Positions 42,953-53,527 are shown, counted from the stretch's first letter. The stretch: 64,000 bases of DNA from an uncultured Methanoregulaceae archaeon (GCA_963737635.1 CAVTTL010000001.1:1120001-1184000); one strand, 5' to 3'. Notes: generated by a model from the letters alone, not told the origin. A program made the numbers and translations.

Positions 42953-44092
42953 TCAACTGCACACCTGAGCATAGGTACCCGCCATCCGGGTTGCAATAGG
43001 GCTCCAGAGGAACTGCCGGTCTACCTTAGTTCTTCCCCGTCTACCGAGTACCTGCGCATTGGTAGGATCGCGAATTAACGTGCCGATCCCCCATGCGAGT
43101 GATCCGGGTTCCGGCTGCACTTTGATCCCGTTCACGAACGTATCGATGTTTTCCGAAAGGCCCCCGACATCACAGGCAACGACTGGTTTCTCCGCGCTCC
43201 ATGCTTCAAGGAGGACAAGTCCAAATGGTTCGTTCCTACTCGGGATAACGACCAGATCGCACGCATTCAGGAGACGGATGTATTCCGAGTCAGGGATGTA
43301 CCCTACAAAATTGACCGGGAGATCCTTTGCCCGCTCCTGAAGGTACTGTCGCATCCCCCCGTCGCCGGCAACGATCACTTTTGCATCCCAGTGTTCACGG
43401 CATACCGACCGTAACGCCTCGATAAACAGATCAGGGCCTTTCTGGTATACCAGCCTGCCGACAAAGAGGATCAGCGGGGCATAAGGATGGATCCCATAAC
43501 GCTGTTTAACCTCCCCGGGATCGATACTCGCTTGGTACTGCTGTGGCACGATACCATTTGGTACCACATCGCATTTCCAGTCAGGGACGTTATAGAGCTG
43601 CATTACCTCGTTCTTCATCACAGTCGAGACTGCGGTCACCCTTTTTGCCACCAGGCCACCATACCATTCCTTGCCGGAGATTGCGTTATACTCCCACCAG
43701 CCCCCAAATTGGTTGCCATTCCTGCCGTATTCCGTGGAATGGAACGTAAGAATAGTCTCCCGGTCCTGCAACCGGTGCAGCGCCTGGACTGGGTGCCAGT
43801 CATGGAAGTGTAGGATATCGAATTTTCCTTTCTGGTCGCACTGCCGGAACTGATCCACCATCTGGTTGCTCATGTCCTCGCAGTACTGAACGGTATTGTT
43901 GCCCTGTGGCCGGCAGTAATGGTACGACACGCCATTGATGGTCTGGTCCTGCATCCACCCGCGGGTGAAGAAGTGAATCTCATGATCCTTTGCAAGAGTC
44001 TCGGCAAGGTGGGTTGCCGCACTCGCGAGTCCCCCGACGCGCTCAGCATACAGGGACTCCCAACAGAAGAATGCTACGTTAAGCGACTCCAT
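42953..44092 (-). CDS. GT4 glycosyltransferase (glycogen-synthase-like)
   Basis: RVGGLA, HFHDW, HSTEYGR, VGRLVYQKG, EPFGLVLLEA. Confidence 0.88.
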   Translation of the reverse strand: MESLNVAFFCWESLYAERVGGLASAATHLAETLAKDHEIHFFTRGWMQDQTINGVSYHYCRPQGNNTVQYCEDMSNQMVDQFRQCDQKGKFDILHFHDWHPVQALHRLQDRETILTFHSTEYGRNGNQFGGWWEYNAISGKEWYGGLVAKRVTAVSTVMKNEVMQLYNVPDWKCDVVPNGIVPQQYQASIDPGEVKQRYGIHPYAPLILFVGRLVYQKGPDLFIEALRSVCREHWDAKVIVAGDGGMRQYLQERAKDLPVNFVGYIPDSEYIRLLNACDLVVIPSRNEPFGLVLLEAWSAEKPVVACDVGGLSENIDTFVNGIKVQPEPGSLAWGIGTLIRDPTNAQVLGRRGRTKVDRQFLWSPIATRMAGTYAQVCS

Positions 44093-45528
44093 AACTGTTC
44101 CCTCCGCTCGTTCATGATCGTAATCAGTTCCTGCCGGTCCCGGCGCCCGCTAATATCCCCGGCCAGTTTCTGGTCTTGGAGCGTATGTTCGATCCATTGG
44201 GCAATATCGCCCCGCTCTTGGTGATAGATAATCGAATCCGCTGGCACTACTTGGAGCAGGTCGCAGAACTGGTCGAGACTGTAGGCGGCATACCCGACGT
44301 ACCCCGAAGGTGAGGTGAAATGAAATGCCTCTTCCGGTGTCAGGGTCCGCAGGGTCTTTGCCGATCGTTTGTTTTTCATAAGCCGGATATTCCGGTTTTC
44401 GAAATCGGCAAGGATTGCCATGTAGGTCTTAAATGCGTCACCGGCCTCGTGGTGGCTGAAGTAGTTATGTACTTCACCGCAGGTTCCGTACTTGGAGGCC
44501 ATATAATAGAAGTGGTCACTGGTCTGGAGGTACCGCCATATCGCCTTATCCTTGGCAAACGCGGCCGCCTTCTGGATCGCAGAATATGCCGTATGCTGAC
44601 GCTCGTTGCCCATCCACGCAGATGCGTCCTTCTCGATATCGGCCCAGGATATAGTCTCCCGGACATCAATCGTACCGACCGGCAGATAACTCTCCAGTGC
44701 TTCAGTAGGCAGGATGGTCCGTACACCCCGCTTTTCCAGCTCTTCCGGAAGAAACGAGAGAAAATTGAGGATCCCGGTCTCTTTCCAGAAATGTTCCCCA
44801 AAGGTCTCGTAATCGATAAAAACGTTTACCAGATCACCGGATGTACCGCTTATCCATTCAGCATAGGTGTCTGCCGTCAGCGGGAACTTGTCCCACCCCC
44901 GGTTGCCAAACCGGAAAGCGATATCGTCAGAGACTTGGGTATCGCGGAGGAGGACCGGCATATCTTCACAACTATAGATGTGGTGCGGGCTGCGCCAGTT
45001 GAGAATCCGGTCCACACCTTCGGTGTAGACTCCAGTATACCCCATCTTTTTTACACAGGACGCGATGTTGTTATTAAACGTAAATTCAGTATTTTCAAAA
45101 ACCACCGGACGGATCCTGAAAAGGTCATACATCAGGTCGGTATGCATGGTAGCCTGTTCCATAAACTCCGACTTATCCCCAAAGCAGCCTGCAATGCTAT
45201 GGTAATAGGTCTGTCCCAGCAGCTCGGTATTCCGGTGCCGGGCTACCTGGTCGAAAAGGGCAAGGACATCCGGTTTCCATTTCTCCAGCTGCTCGATAAG
45301 CGTCCCGGAAAAAGAAAACGTACAGTGGAATCCTTCGTCGAGTTTTTCTAGGATGATCCGGGTGGCCGGCAGGTAACATTTTTCTGCAACCCTGTCCAGG
45401 ACATCCCGGTTAATTTCATCGAAATAGAGCGCATCGAGATCCTTTTCCTTCTTCTTTGGATCCGGTGAGAAGTGCCGGTTCAGCCTGAATGGCTGGTGCA
45501 CTTCAAATCCGATACAGATATCTGGCAT
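44074..45528 (-). CDS. GH57 alpha-amylase with C-terminal DUF5752-like domain
   Basis: FEVHQPFRL, QTYYHS, ENTE, DYETFGEH, LQTSDHFYYM. Confidence 0.92.
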   Translation of the reverse strand: MPDICIGFEVHQPFRLNRHFSPDPKKKEKDLDALYFDEINRDVLDRVAEKCYLPATRIILEKLDEGFHCTFSFSGTLIEQLEKWKPDVLALFDQVARHRNTELLGQTYYHSIAGCFGDKSEFMEQATMHTDLMYDLFRIRPVVFENTEFTFNNNIASCVKKMGYTGVYTEGVDRILNWRSPHHIYSCEDMPVLLRDTQVSDDIAFRFGNRGWDKFPLTADTYAEWISGTSGDLVNVFIDYETFGEHFWKETGILNFLSFLPEELEKRGVRTILPTEALESYLPVGTIDVRETISWADIEKDASAWMGNERQHTAYSAIQKAAAFAKDKAIWRYLQTSDHFYYMASKYGTCGEVHNYFSHHEAGDAFKTYMAILADFENRNIRLMKNKRSAKTLRTLTPEEAFHFTSPSGYVGYAAYSLDQFCDLLQVVPADSIIYHQERGDIAQWIEHTLQDQKLAGDISGRRDRQELITIMNERREQLWSRLT

Positions 45529-45684
45529 TTATTCTCGTCCTCCAATCATGGTCTTGCCTACCGACTGTTTCCTGGATGGTTTCGGGGATGTACTTACCTA
45601 TTCTCACACCCCTACACACCCTATCCCCCCATCATGTGGCCCTAGTGGTCGGGTGATAACAATCATCCTGCTTTCTCTCAGGAA

Positions 45685-45735
45685 CAATAATAGACCCTTT
45701 CCCGAGTATCAGATTTTGAAACACGGGTTGAAACC
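45685..45735 (-). promoter_or_regulatory. Stress-regulon promoter module 5 (upstream of GH57-GT4)
   Basis: Reverse complement: ggtttcaacccg tgtttcaaaatctgatactcgggaaagggtc TATTATTG. Confidence 0.8.
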
Positions 45736-45772
45736 AGAGCCCCCCCGATTAAAACTGAGTCAAAATACAATT

Positions 45773-46444
45773 CTAATACCCGAGGGACTCGCTGACAAGG
45801 ACAAGGTTAATGCGCCCTTCCTGCTTCTCGTTTGCAAGAATCACGCATTTCCCGATCATACTGGGAGTACCATAGGCTTTCATAGCCCGGGTATTCTCAA
45901 GAGGGAAGACATATTTCCTGATCCGGTTTAGTGCGTCCTCGACCGTGGGGACAATTTTATTGACCCCTGCGACCAGAACAAGATGCCCCGCAGCAAAAGG
46001 CCACGCACCGACACGGCTTCCGCTGGCATCGCAAGCAACAATCTCACCTCTCTGGGAAATCGCATTCACTGACGAGATGAAATAATCGGCCGTAACGGAT
46101 TTTCTCCGCAGCTCTGCACGTTTTACCGGATCATCCTCGGCAGTGATCTTCGTATGTAAAAGATTCCACCCACTCTTTCCTCCGGCAACATAATCCTCGA
46201 ACCCGATCTCGATAAGGGTTGTCGAGGAACCGCTCATAACTTCAGCGTTAGGTGGGATAAGTTTCCGAACCGCTGCAAGCGCCTCGTCGCCATTTGCAGC
46301 ATGGGAAACCTTTATCCCCCGTTTTTCTAGAGCCTTAATTGTTATAGCAACAACTTCCGGTGTCGGAAAAATGTTCCACGAATCCGCATCCACGGCACTT
46401 TCCGGGTAAAGGTTTACGGCGCTATACGGGGTAATTCTACTCAT
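45773..46444 (-). CDS. LUD-domain (lactate-utilisation LutC/YkgG-like) protein
   Basis: GSSTTL.EIG, DYFISSVNAI...GEI..D..G.RV, G.NKIVP. Confidence 0.8.
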   Translation of the reverse strand: MSRITPYSAVNLYPESAVDADSWNIFPTPEVVAITIKALEKRGIKVSHAANGDEALAAVRKLIPPNAEVMSGSSTTLIEIGFEDYVAGGKSGWNLLHTKITAEDDPVKRAELRRKSVTADYFISSVNAISQRGEIVACDASGSRVGAWPFAAGHLVLVAGVNKIVPTVEDALNRIRKYVFPLENTRAMKAYGTPSMIGKCVILANEKQEGRINLVLVSESLGY

Positions 46445-46482
46445 GTGCCCTCTTGTCGCCTTGTAGGTACAGGACACCAGAC

Positions 46483-46731
46483 TTAACCGGATCGGCTTTC
46501 CGCCACCGCGGTCTCCTGTACCGAGCCCAACCGGTACTGGTATATAATCTGGCGCATATCCTGCAGGTTCATCTTCTCGATGAGGAGTTTCTTCTCCTTG
46601 AGTTTTTTTAACGCGTAACGCACCGTTCGTGGCGAGTAGTTCACTTTTCCGGCGATCTCCTTGTGAGTCATGGCACCACCGGTACCAAGAATCTCAAGGA
46701 CGATTTTTTGTGACTGAGGTAATGATTTCAT
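46483..46731 (-). CDS. Small winged-helix transcriptional regulator
   Basis: LP.SQK.VL..L...G.MT.KEIA....YSPRTVRYALKKL..D.RQ..Y. Confidence 0.85.
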   Translation of the reverse strand: MKSLPQSQKIVLEILGTGGAMTHKEIAGKVNYSPRTVRYALKKLKEKKLLIEKMNLQDMRQIIYQYRLGSVQETAVAESRSG

Positions 46732-46758
46732 AATTCACTCCTTGGTTTATGCGAGGCA

Positions 46759-47109
46759 TCAGCCGCAGCTGGTCCCGCAACTTTCACTCTGCCCGCTGTC
46801 TGCTGCATCCTTATCTGCTAAGATACGGGGAAGCGCTTTTTTTACAAAATCATCGATCGTTCCCATCTCTCCCCAGGATTCCGTCTCGTAATTCTCGGAA
46901 TTATCCGGATTGGGCAGGATCAGCACATTGCCCTCCTCGCTCGGTCCGGAGACATACTTTTTCCCCCGGTGCAGGTTGTGTACACCTTCCGCACCGCCTT
47001 TGGGGATCCGTGCATAGATAATCCAGTAGGTCAGTTTATCTGTTGCACTAACATAGACCTCATAATCCTGCTCGAACTTTTTTAAGAGTTCCAGTGTTTT
47101 ATCCTCCAT
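46759..47109 (-). CDS. Hypothetical protein
   Basis: AGGTGA RBS then ATG 47109; C-terminal C..SCG. Confidence 0.6.
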   Translation of the reverse strand: MEDKTLELLKKFEQDYEVYVSATDKLTYWIIYARIPKGGAEGVHNLHRGKKYVSGPSEEGNVLILPNPDNSENYETESWGEMGTIDDFVKKALPRILADKDAADSGQSESCGTSCG

Positions 47110-47311
47110 GATCTCACCTGGTCCTAGTGCCTGCATCTCACGATGACAGATTCATTTTTTCGTTCTCTCTGGTTTTCTATCTTGATCCGGTTTGAATCAC
47201 CGGACTCATTGGCGACCGGATTGACGCGATACAACGGCATTCCTTGTTTTTTTTGGAAAACTACCGGTTTTTTGGGGCGCCTTCCCTGCCTGCATGGAAC
47301 TGGACAACAAA

Positions 47312-47362
47312 AAGGTATAGGTTCTTTCCCGAACAGCAATCTATGAAACAAATTTTGAAACA
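47312..47362 (-). promoter_or_regulatory. Stress-regulon promoter module 6 (upstream of hypothetical-wHTH-LUD operon)
   Basis: Reverse complement: tgtttcaaaatt tgtttcatagattgctgttcgggaaagaacc TATACCTT. Confidence 0.78.
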
Positions 47363-47397
47363 TGAATCAGGAGGAATAAGATGCACCATTAAATACG

Positions 47398-47676
47398 TTA
47401 GACGGGTTGCTCAAGGATAAGTTCCAGGATACCGTCATGGAATTTTTTGGTACTGATCCGCGATCCTGCGGGAACAGTAATTTTTTTCATGACCCTCTCG
47501 TTTTCTTTTGGCACTGAAATGGTAAGCCGGGTCTTTTCCAGATCGATCCGGATCTTCTCCTCAGGAATTCCATGGAGCTGGCATATGATACGGATCGAGT
47601 TTTCGATCTTGGTGACCTGTGCGGGTGGCACAATAGTGTTTTTTTGGCGTTTTTGTGGTTTTTCCGGACTAGTCAT
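47398..47676 (-). CDS. Minimal Hsp20-like protein
   Basis: L.GIPEEKIRIDL....L.IS..K.I.VP..KKFHDGILELIL; GGAGG RBS. Confidence 0.75.
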   Translation of the reverse strand: MTSPEKPQKRQKNTIVPPAQVTKIENSIRIICQLHGIPEEKIRIDLEKTRLTISVPKENERVMKKITVPAGSRISTKKFHDGILELILEQPV

Positions 47677-47885
47677 AGCGTTTCCTCCAGACTCTTCATG
47701 AAAAAAAACGAGGAGGTCTAACCATTGTCTGGTATCGGGAGCAAGATCAAAAAGCGCCCGCAACAGTATCGGAATCCGGTTATACCGGGAGAAATAGGTA
47801 TCTGGAGGTTACAGGTGTTGTTTCAAGATTTAGAACAGTATAAGACAGTAATTTCCTGCGCTTTCGCCGCGTAGGGCTAAAAAAA

Positions 47886-49225
47886 TTATCCTTTTACCGG
47901 TGCAGCAGATTCTATCCCGATAATATGCTGGAATACAAACTTAAATTCATTTAGCCGCTGCCGGATGTATTTCTTTCCGATCTCCGTCGGGTAATATAGT
48001 CTTGGATTTACCGGACACTTTCATCTCGAGGTATCCCTTGCTCTGGAGCTCGTAGAGGAATGAATAGATCCGTGCCTGAGGAATGAGGACATTGTACCGA
48101 TTATGGATCTCGTGGACGATATCGAATCCGGAGATCGGTTTTTCCAGAGTCGAAAGGATGACCGGTTCAAGAAGTTTTTTAACCACGTCTTCAATCGTGG
48201 ATTGGGGTACAACACTGATAGCCTCTGCCGGGAACGAGTTATGGGTAAAGGAAATAGTCGTGTCCTTCCCGGTCGATATAATGATTTTTGCAATGCCTTC
48301 CGAGATCAGCCGGATCCGATCATGATCGAGATTTGCCATATTGACTGCGATGATGCCGGTGATTGGAACCCCGGCCTCTTTTTTTGCAAGGATCATATTC
48401 TTTACTTCTACGATATCATCAAATTCTTCTGTATCTGAAAAATCAAACACAACCTGGAGTTTTCCTTGCGCATTGTCGGCAGGAAGACTCGATGTGCATT
48501 TCTCCAGGATACGGGGCAGGAAAAAGAGTTCGCCCTTTTTTATGCGCCGGGTAAACAGCAGGCCTTTTGAGATCTCTTCAAGGAAATATTTCTGCAGGAC
48601 AGACTGGTGATAGGCAAAGAAAAACCGCCCCCCTTTCTGGATACCGGCCTCGATGGCGAATTTGAATATTGGTTCTTTCACCGAGGGATCCACGTATAAA
48701 AAGAGGATAATCCCGGTAAAGATGTCCTTTAGAAGGACGGTCTTGATCTCGGGGAGCGCAAGGTATTCAGCGTCCGTCATGCCGGCGGCTTCAGGGTACT
48801 GCCCCAGGGTGGGGCGCAACCCGGGTTGCCTCTGCTTTCTTTTTCATTTCCTGTTCCGAAGCCCTCCGGAACAGGGCTATTTCAAGGGCAGCTTTTAACT
48901 CCAGTTCGTTAAAGGGTTTGACAATATACCCGTACGGCCGGACCTGCTTGGCCTTCTCGATAATTGCATCATCGGCGTACGACGTGATGAAAATCACCGG
49001 GATATCCAGTTCGTTTACAATCGTCCGAGCTGCTTCGACACCATTCACCTTCCCCGGCATAACAATATCCATCAGGATCAGATCAGGAGTAAGCCGCCTG
49101 GCTTTCTCGATCGCATCATCCCCGGATGCTGCCATCCCCACGACTGTATATCCCATCACGTGCAGCCGCTCTTCAAGCTGCATGGTGATGATCGCTTCAT
49201 CGTCGACAACAAGAATTTTTGACAT
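47886..49225 (-). CDS. Response regulator REC - MEDS-like - PadR/wHTH (two apparent extra Gs, ~48795 and 47999); may instead be REC plus a separate MEDS-PadR gene starting at 48780
   Basis: REC motifs VVDD/MD/TS/KP; LFLY.D....F..I..G...G..F; LE.VIL..L.KP.SGFDI.....ARIY..LY.L...GYL; restored KIYYPTEIGKKYI. Confidence 0.75.
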
Positions 49226-49229
49226 CCTA

Positions 49230-52200
49230 TCACCTGCATGTTTCAAGGGGGAAATCGATATTCACGAGCGTACCCCGGTCGCTGCTTTCTATAGCGAGGC
49301 TCCCCTGAAGCTGCCGCACTAGGTTCCGGATCAACTTCAGCCCCAGACTCGAGGTGGTACCGGGATCCACGTCCGGGGGGATACCGGTCCCGTTATCCTG
49401 AATCGTGATATGGACCCGTCTCCCGTCCTGCTGTGCACGAACACGGATAGTCCCCTCTTTTCGCCCTTTAAAGGCATAGATAAACGAGTTTGACAGAATC
49501 TCGTTTAATGCCAGTGCACATGGTATAGCTAAGTCCACCGGGAGAGAAAACCCTTCCGCATCTACCTCGCAGCTGATCACAGGGCCGGACTTCCCGTAGA
49601 TCCCGGAAAGATCATTTGTCATATCCTGTATCTGGGCACCCATATCGATCCGGCCGGACTGGTTGCTCTGGTACAGCCGGGTATGGATCTGGGCCATCGT
49701 CTTGATCTTCAGCATCATATCGGTCAGGATGCCAGTGGTCACCGGATCATGGGTTCGCGATCTGGTCATCTCGAGGAGGCCGGTTATAATCTGGAGGTTG
49801 TTTTTGACCCGGTGGTGGATCTCCCGGATCAGGCTGTCTTTTTCTGCGAGTGTGGAAAGTATCTTTTCATTGGCCCGTTTTGTTTCGGTTACATTTCGGA
49901 AATACCCTATAATCCCGTCGATTTCTCCCAGATTATTCATTTTGGGCACATACGATCCATCGAAGTAGTTTATCTCACCCCGGGCGCTCGCAATCGCTAT
50001 TTCATTGGGAACTGCTATCCCGCTTTCCAGGACGCGCTTCTTGATCGTAGTCAGGGCATCTGCATCTTCCCGGGACGCAAGATCGTAATCGGTCTTCCCG
50101 ATCATATCGTCCTCGGTGATATCCATCTGTGGATTTATGACCATGGTATATCGGAGATCGCTATCCTGCACCAGAATATGATCGGGAGTACTGGTGGCAA
50201 TGATCCGGAATTTTTCAAGGCTTTCCTTCAAGGCCTCTTCGGCATTTCTCCTCTCGGTGATGTCACGGTAACTCCAGACCCGGCCAATAATGGCATCGCC
50301 AATTTTCTGAGGCCGTGAAAACCGCTCAAAGATCCGGCCATCTTGGAGCCTGACCATATCATAGCTCTCACGTCCCGGGTGACTGTACAGTTCATTCCTG
50401 CGATCGGTAAACTCCCGGATGTCTTCTACAAGCGGAAAAATATAGGCAAGCGCAGTCGCCTCACCCGCGGCCTCAAGTACATGTTCCGGGATCCCCCAAA
50501 TCGCACAGAATTTCTTGTTGTAACTGGTAATTTGCCGGTCGCTATCCACTACGAGAATACCGTCAGCTGTGGAATCAAGGGCAGCCTGAAGCAGCGATGC
50601 AGTCTTCATCGCCATCTCTTCGGCACTTTTACGGCCCGTAATATCCTGGCCTTGGGCCATCGTGGAGATTATCGTGTCACCATCGGCATCATAGACGTTT
50701 GCTGAATTCCAGAGCACAATTTTTACGGCACCGGATACATGCCTGACCGGGATCTCCACCGACTCCCAGCGTTCCCCGCAGCTGGTCTTCCGGATCAGTT
50801 CCATGGACTCATCTTTGAATTTTTCCGGGAAGAGGGTATCAAGGGGTTTTCCTATCACCTCATCTGCGGCCATTCCGGTCAGGAACTCAAAGGCCTGATT
50901 AAACCGCAGGATTCTGAACCGGGTGTCCCACACGATGATGGGGGCATTGGCATAGGCGATCAAGTTCTCGAGGTACTGGCTTGTCCCCCTCAGGGTATCA
51001 TCGGTTTTTTTCCGCGCCATCGCTATTGCAACCAGATCGGTTACGGCCTGCATCAGGTCTAATTCCTCAGCGGTAAACGTAGGCCTGTCTTTGGTCCCGA
51101 AAGAAAGCGTCCCAAGGGTAGTGCCCCGGTAGATGAGGGGATGGCATGCATACCCGGAAATCCCGAAGGAGCGGACGAGGCAGAGTGCATCTTCATCGGA
51201 GTTCTGGATATCGCACGCCACCACCCTTTTGCCCCCCTGGGCCACCCGGCCACAGACTGATTCACCGATATTGAGGGTGGAAAATTTGCCTACCTCTCCA
51301 TCCGGGACACCGGCACTGGCGTTCAGCTTCATCCGCTGCCTGCTTTCGTCGATTAGATAATTATAAAAGATATCGCAGGAAAGGAAATGCATTACCCGTT
51401 CGCCGATGATCTGGACAACACGTTCAGGCTTCTCGGAACTCATCAGGAGCCGGGCAGAGTCTGCGAGAATCCTGAGTTTTTCCTTCTCTTTTTTTAGCCT
51501 CTCTTCCTGCTTCCTTCGTTCGGAGATATCCTGGAATGTCCCGATCACCGAAGAACGTGCCCCCTCCCGTACCGGGGAGAGCCCCCGAAGTTCAGTCCAG
51601 ACCTTCTTTTTCGAGCCAGTGGTAATCAGGAACTCAAGTTTAAAAGGCTCTCCGGTGGCAAGGCATCGTTCAATGTTTTTCCGGATAATGGGCTGGTCAT
51701 CCGGGGAAAAAAAGTCCAGCCCCTCAGAAAGGCCTAACTGGTAGTTGCAGGGAGTCTCGAAGATGTCGTACGCCCCGACCGTCCACTGGAGATAATTAGT
51801 ATGCGGGTTTGCCTTCCACCCCCCAATCTTTGCGATCTTTTCAGTCTCCCGCAGGAACTGTTCGCTCTCGTGCAGGGCCCGTTTGTTTCTGGTAATTGTA
51901 TCGATATCCTGCCGTAAGTTCTTTTCAACAGCCAGATGTTCCGAATTGTGGGCGCTGAGAGTCTGCATTCCTGCTGGCAAGTTCCTGTTCTGTCCGGTCA
52001 AGATAGAGGCCAATTTCTCCCGACAATCTGCCGACAATGATTGAAGTACCGGTGATGAAGATGACGAGGCCGGCTGAGATGATGACAGCGTTTGAGATGG
52101 CAAACCACCCGGAAATAAGATAAAAAAGAATTGTTTCACCCCCGGTTATGGCTAAGGAGAGCGGGACAAAGGTCCGCAACAGCCGTGCCCTGATGGAATT

Positions 52201-52908
52201 TCCCGTAAAAAAAGAAAGTGGTCTCGTTGCCGGGCCTGCAGCAAAAATAAGCCCCAAGCCGATTAAGAACGCGGCAAGGGCGGAGAGCATAGCAACCGGA
52301 ATGACCGATGGTGAAATAATGAGGGGTGTCCCGAACAGGTAACTCAACGCGAGTGTGAAACCCGTAAGTATAAGAATGATCCCGGTAATCACAGAAATTT
52401 GCCGTGCCCGGGAGCGCGGTGACGACAGGAAGTCAGGATCGATGCAGAAAAACAGCCCGGCGGCCGCGATGACGATCAGTGCTGAAGCTACCGGGGAGAT
52501 TGGCGATGACCGGGGCCCAAAGATCACCAAGCCTGCCGAAACAAACCATGATTCTAGGATAAACTGCTTTCCGTTCAGGTTTGATAGGATATTAAGAAGT
52601 TCTGCGACTGCGATAACGACAAGGACAAATCGCAAAAGAATAAGGGAAGCATGGCCGACCTTTCTTATTGACGTGTAGATAAGGACCCCGCCGAAAAAGA
52701 TCCAGATAAAAGCAGCGCTTAATGCAATGGTTTTGCACCCTTGGCATACACTACTTATGGCAGTACTACCGGTTATATTCCCGGCAATTCCGGTGAGACA
52801 GGTCAGTATGGCAAGGAGACCAAAAGTCAAAGTCAGTCGTTTAAACAGAACTGCATCTGTCTCCATGCCGGGTACATACGCATCGCTTGACGGTACCTTC
52901 AGGAACAT
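49230..52908 (-). CDS. Membrane sensor histidine kinase (multi-TM, PAS, GAF, 3xPAS, HisKA_2, HATPase); extra G51961
   Basis: EIHHRVKNNLQ, NEILSNS..YAF, DNGTG, SLGL; frames join as RNADLSAHN. Confidence 0.9.
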
Positions 52909-53188
52909 TACCTTGCTACCCCGGGAACATTTACCGTAATTCCGTATAGAATAGAACTCCGGTATCTTTATTTAAACATTATCAGATGTTTCAAAAAATG
53001 AGATCAAAGAACCGGCGTAAAACACTGGTGCTGGCATGCGGTCTCGCCGGGAAAGGACCGTGCCGGAACTACGACCTTCAAATATGACTCATGTGACATC
53101 CGCTGAAAGCTGGACAAGATTTTATCTTTATCTCCGATAAAGCAACGGATTGTCCGGTTTACCGGAAAAAAAAGTAGGAGGCACGTTA

Positions 53189-53392
53189 ATGCACGAAGGA
53201 ATGGATCCTGCAATGCAGCACGAAATGCAGATCATGACCGACATGTGGGACATGCTCAGCGATGACCAGAAAAGAACCCTCATGAAACGCATGCTTGATG
53301 GGAAGATCATGATGAAAGAGGAAATGATCAAGCACTTCCAATACAAGATGGAAACGATGAGGATGATCAAGAAGATGCTGGACGAGTGCTAG
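53189..53392 (+). CDS. Small Met-rich helical protein (67 aa, 16 Met)
   Basis: AGGAGG RBS then ATG; MHEGMDPAMQHEMQIMTDMWDML... Confidence 0.75.
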   Translation: MHEGMDPAMQHEMQIMTDMWDMLSDDQKRTLMKRMLDGKIMMKEEMIKHFQYKMETMRMIKKMLDEC

Positions 53393-53527
53393 CGTTGTTG
53401 TTGTTTTCTCTCTTCATCTCTAACTGCCGTATACACGGCATCCATGAAAACCGACTCAGAATTTCACCTCGTAAAAACGGCCAGGCCGTTTTTACTATAG
53501 TATTTTATTTTTCGAAAAAAGCATTTA

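Noticed and set aside
29968-47362. TGTTTCAA repeats as CRISPR repeats, IS ends or MITEs
   Set aside because: They resemble GTTTCAA CRISPR repeat ends, but there is no repeat-spacer array, cas gene, transposase or target duplication; copies are single, intergenic and oriented with the downstream gene
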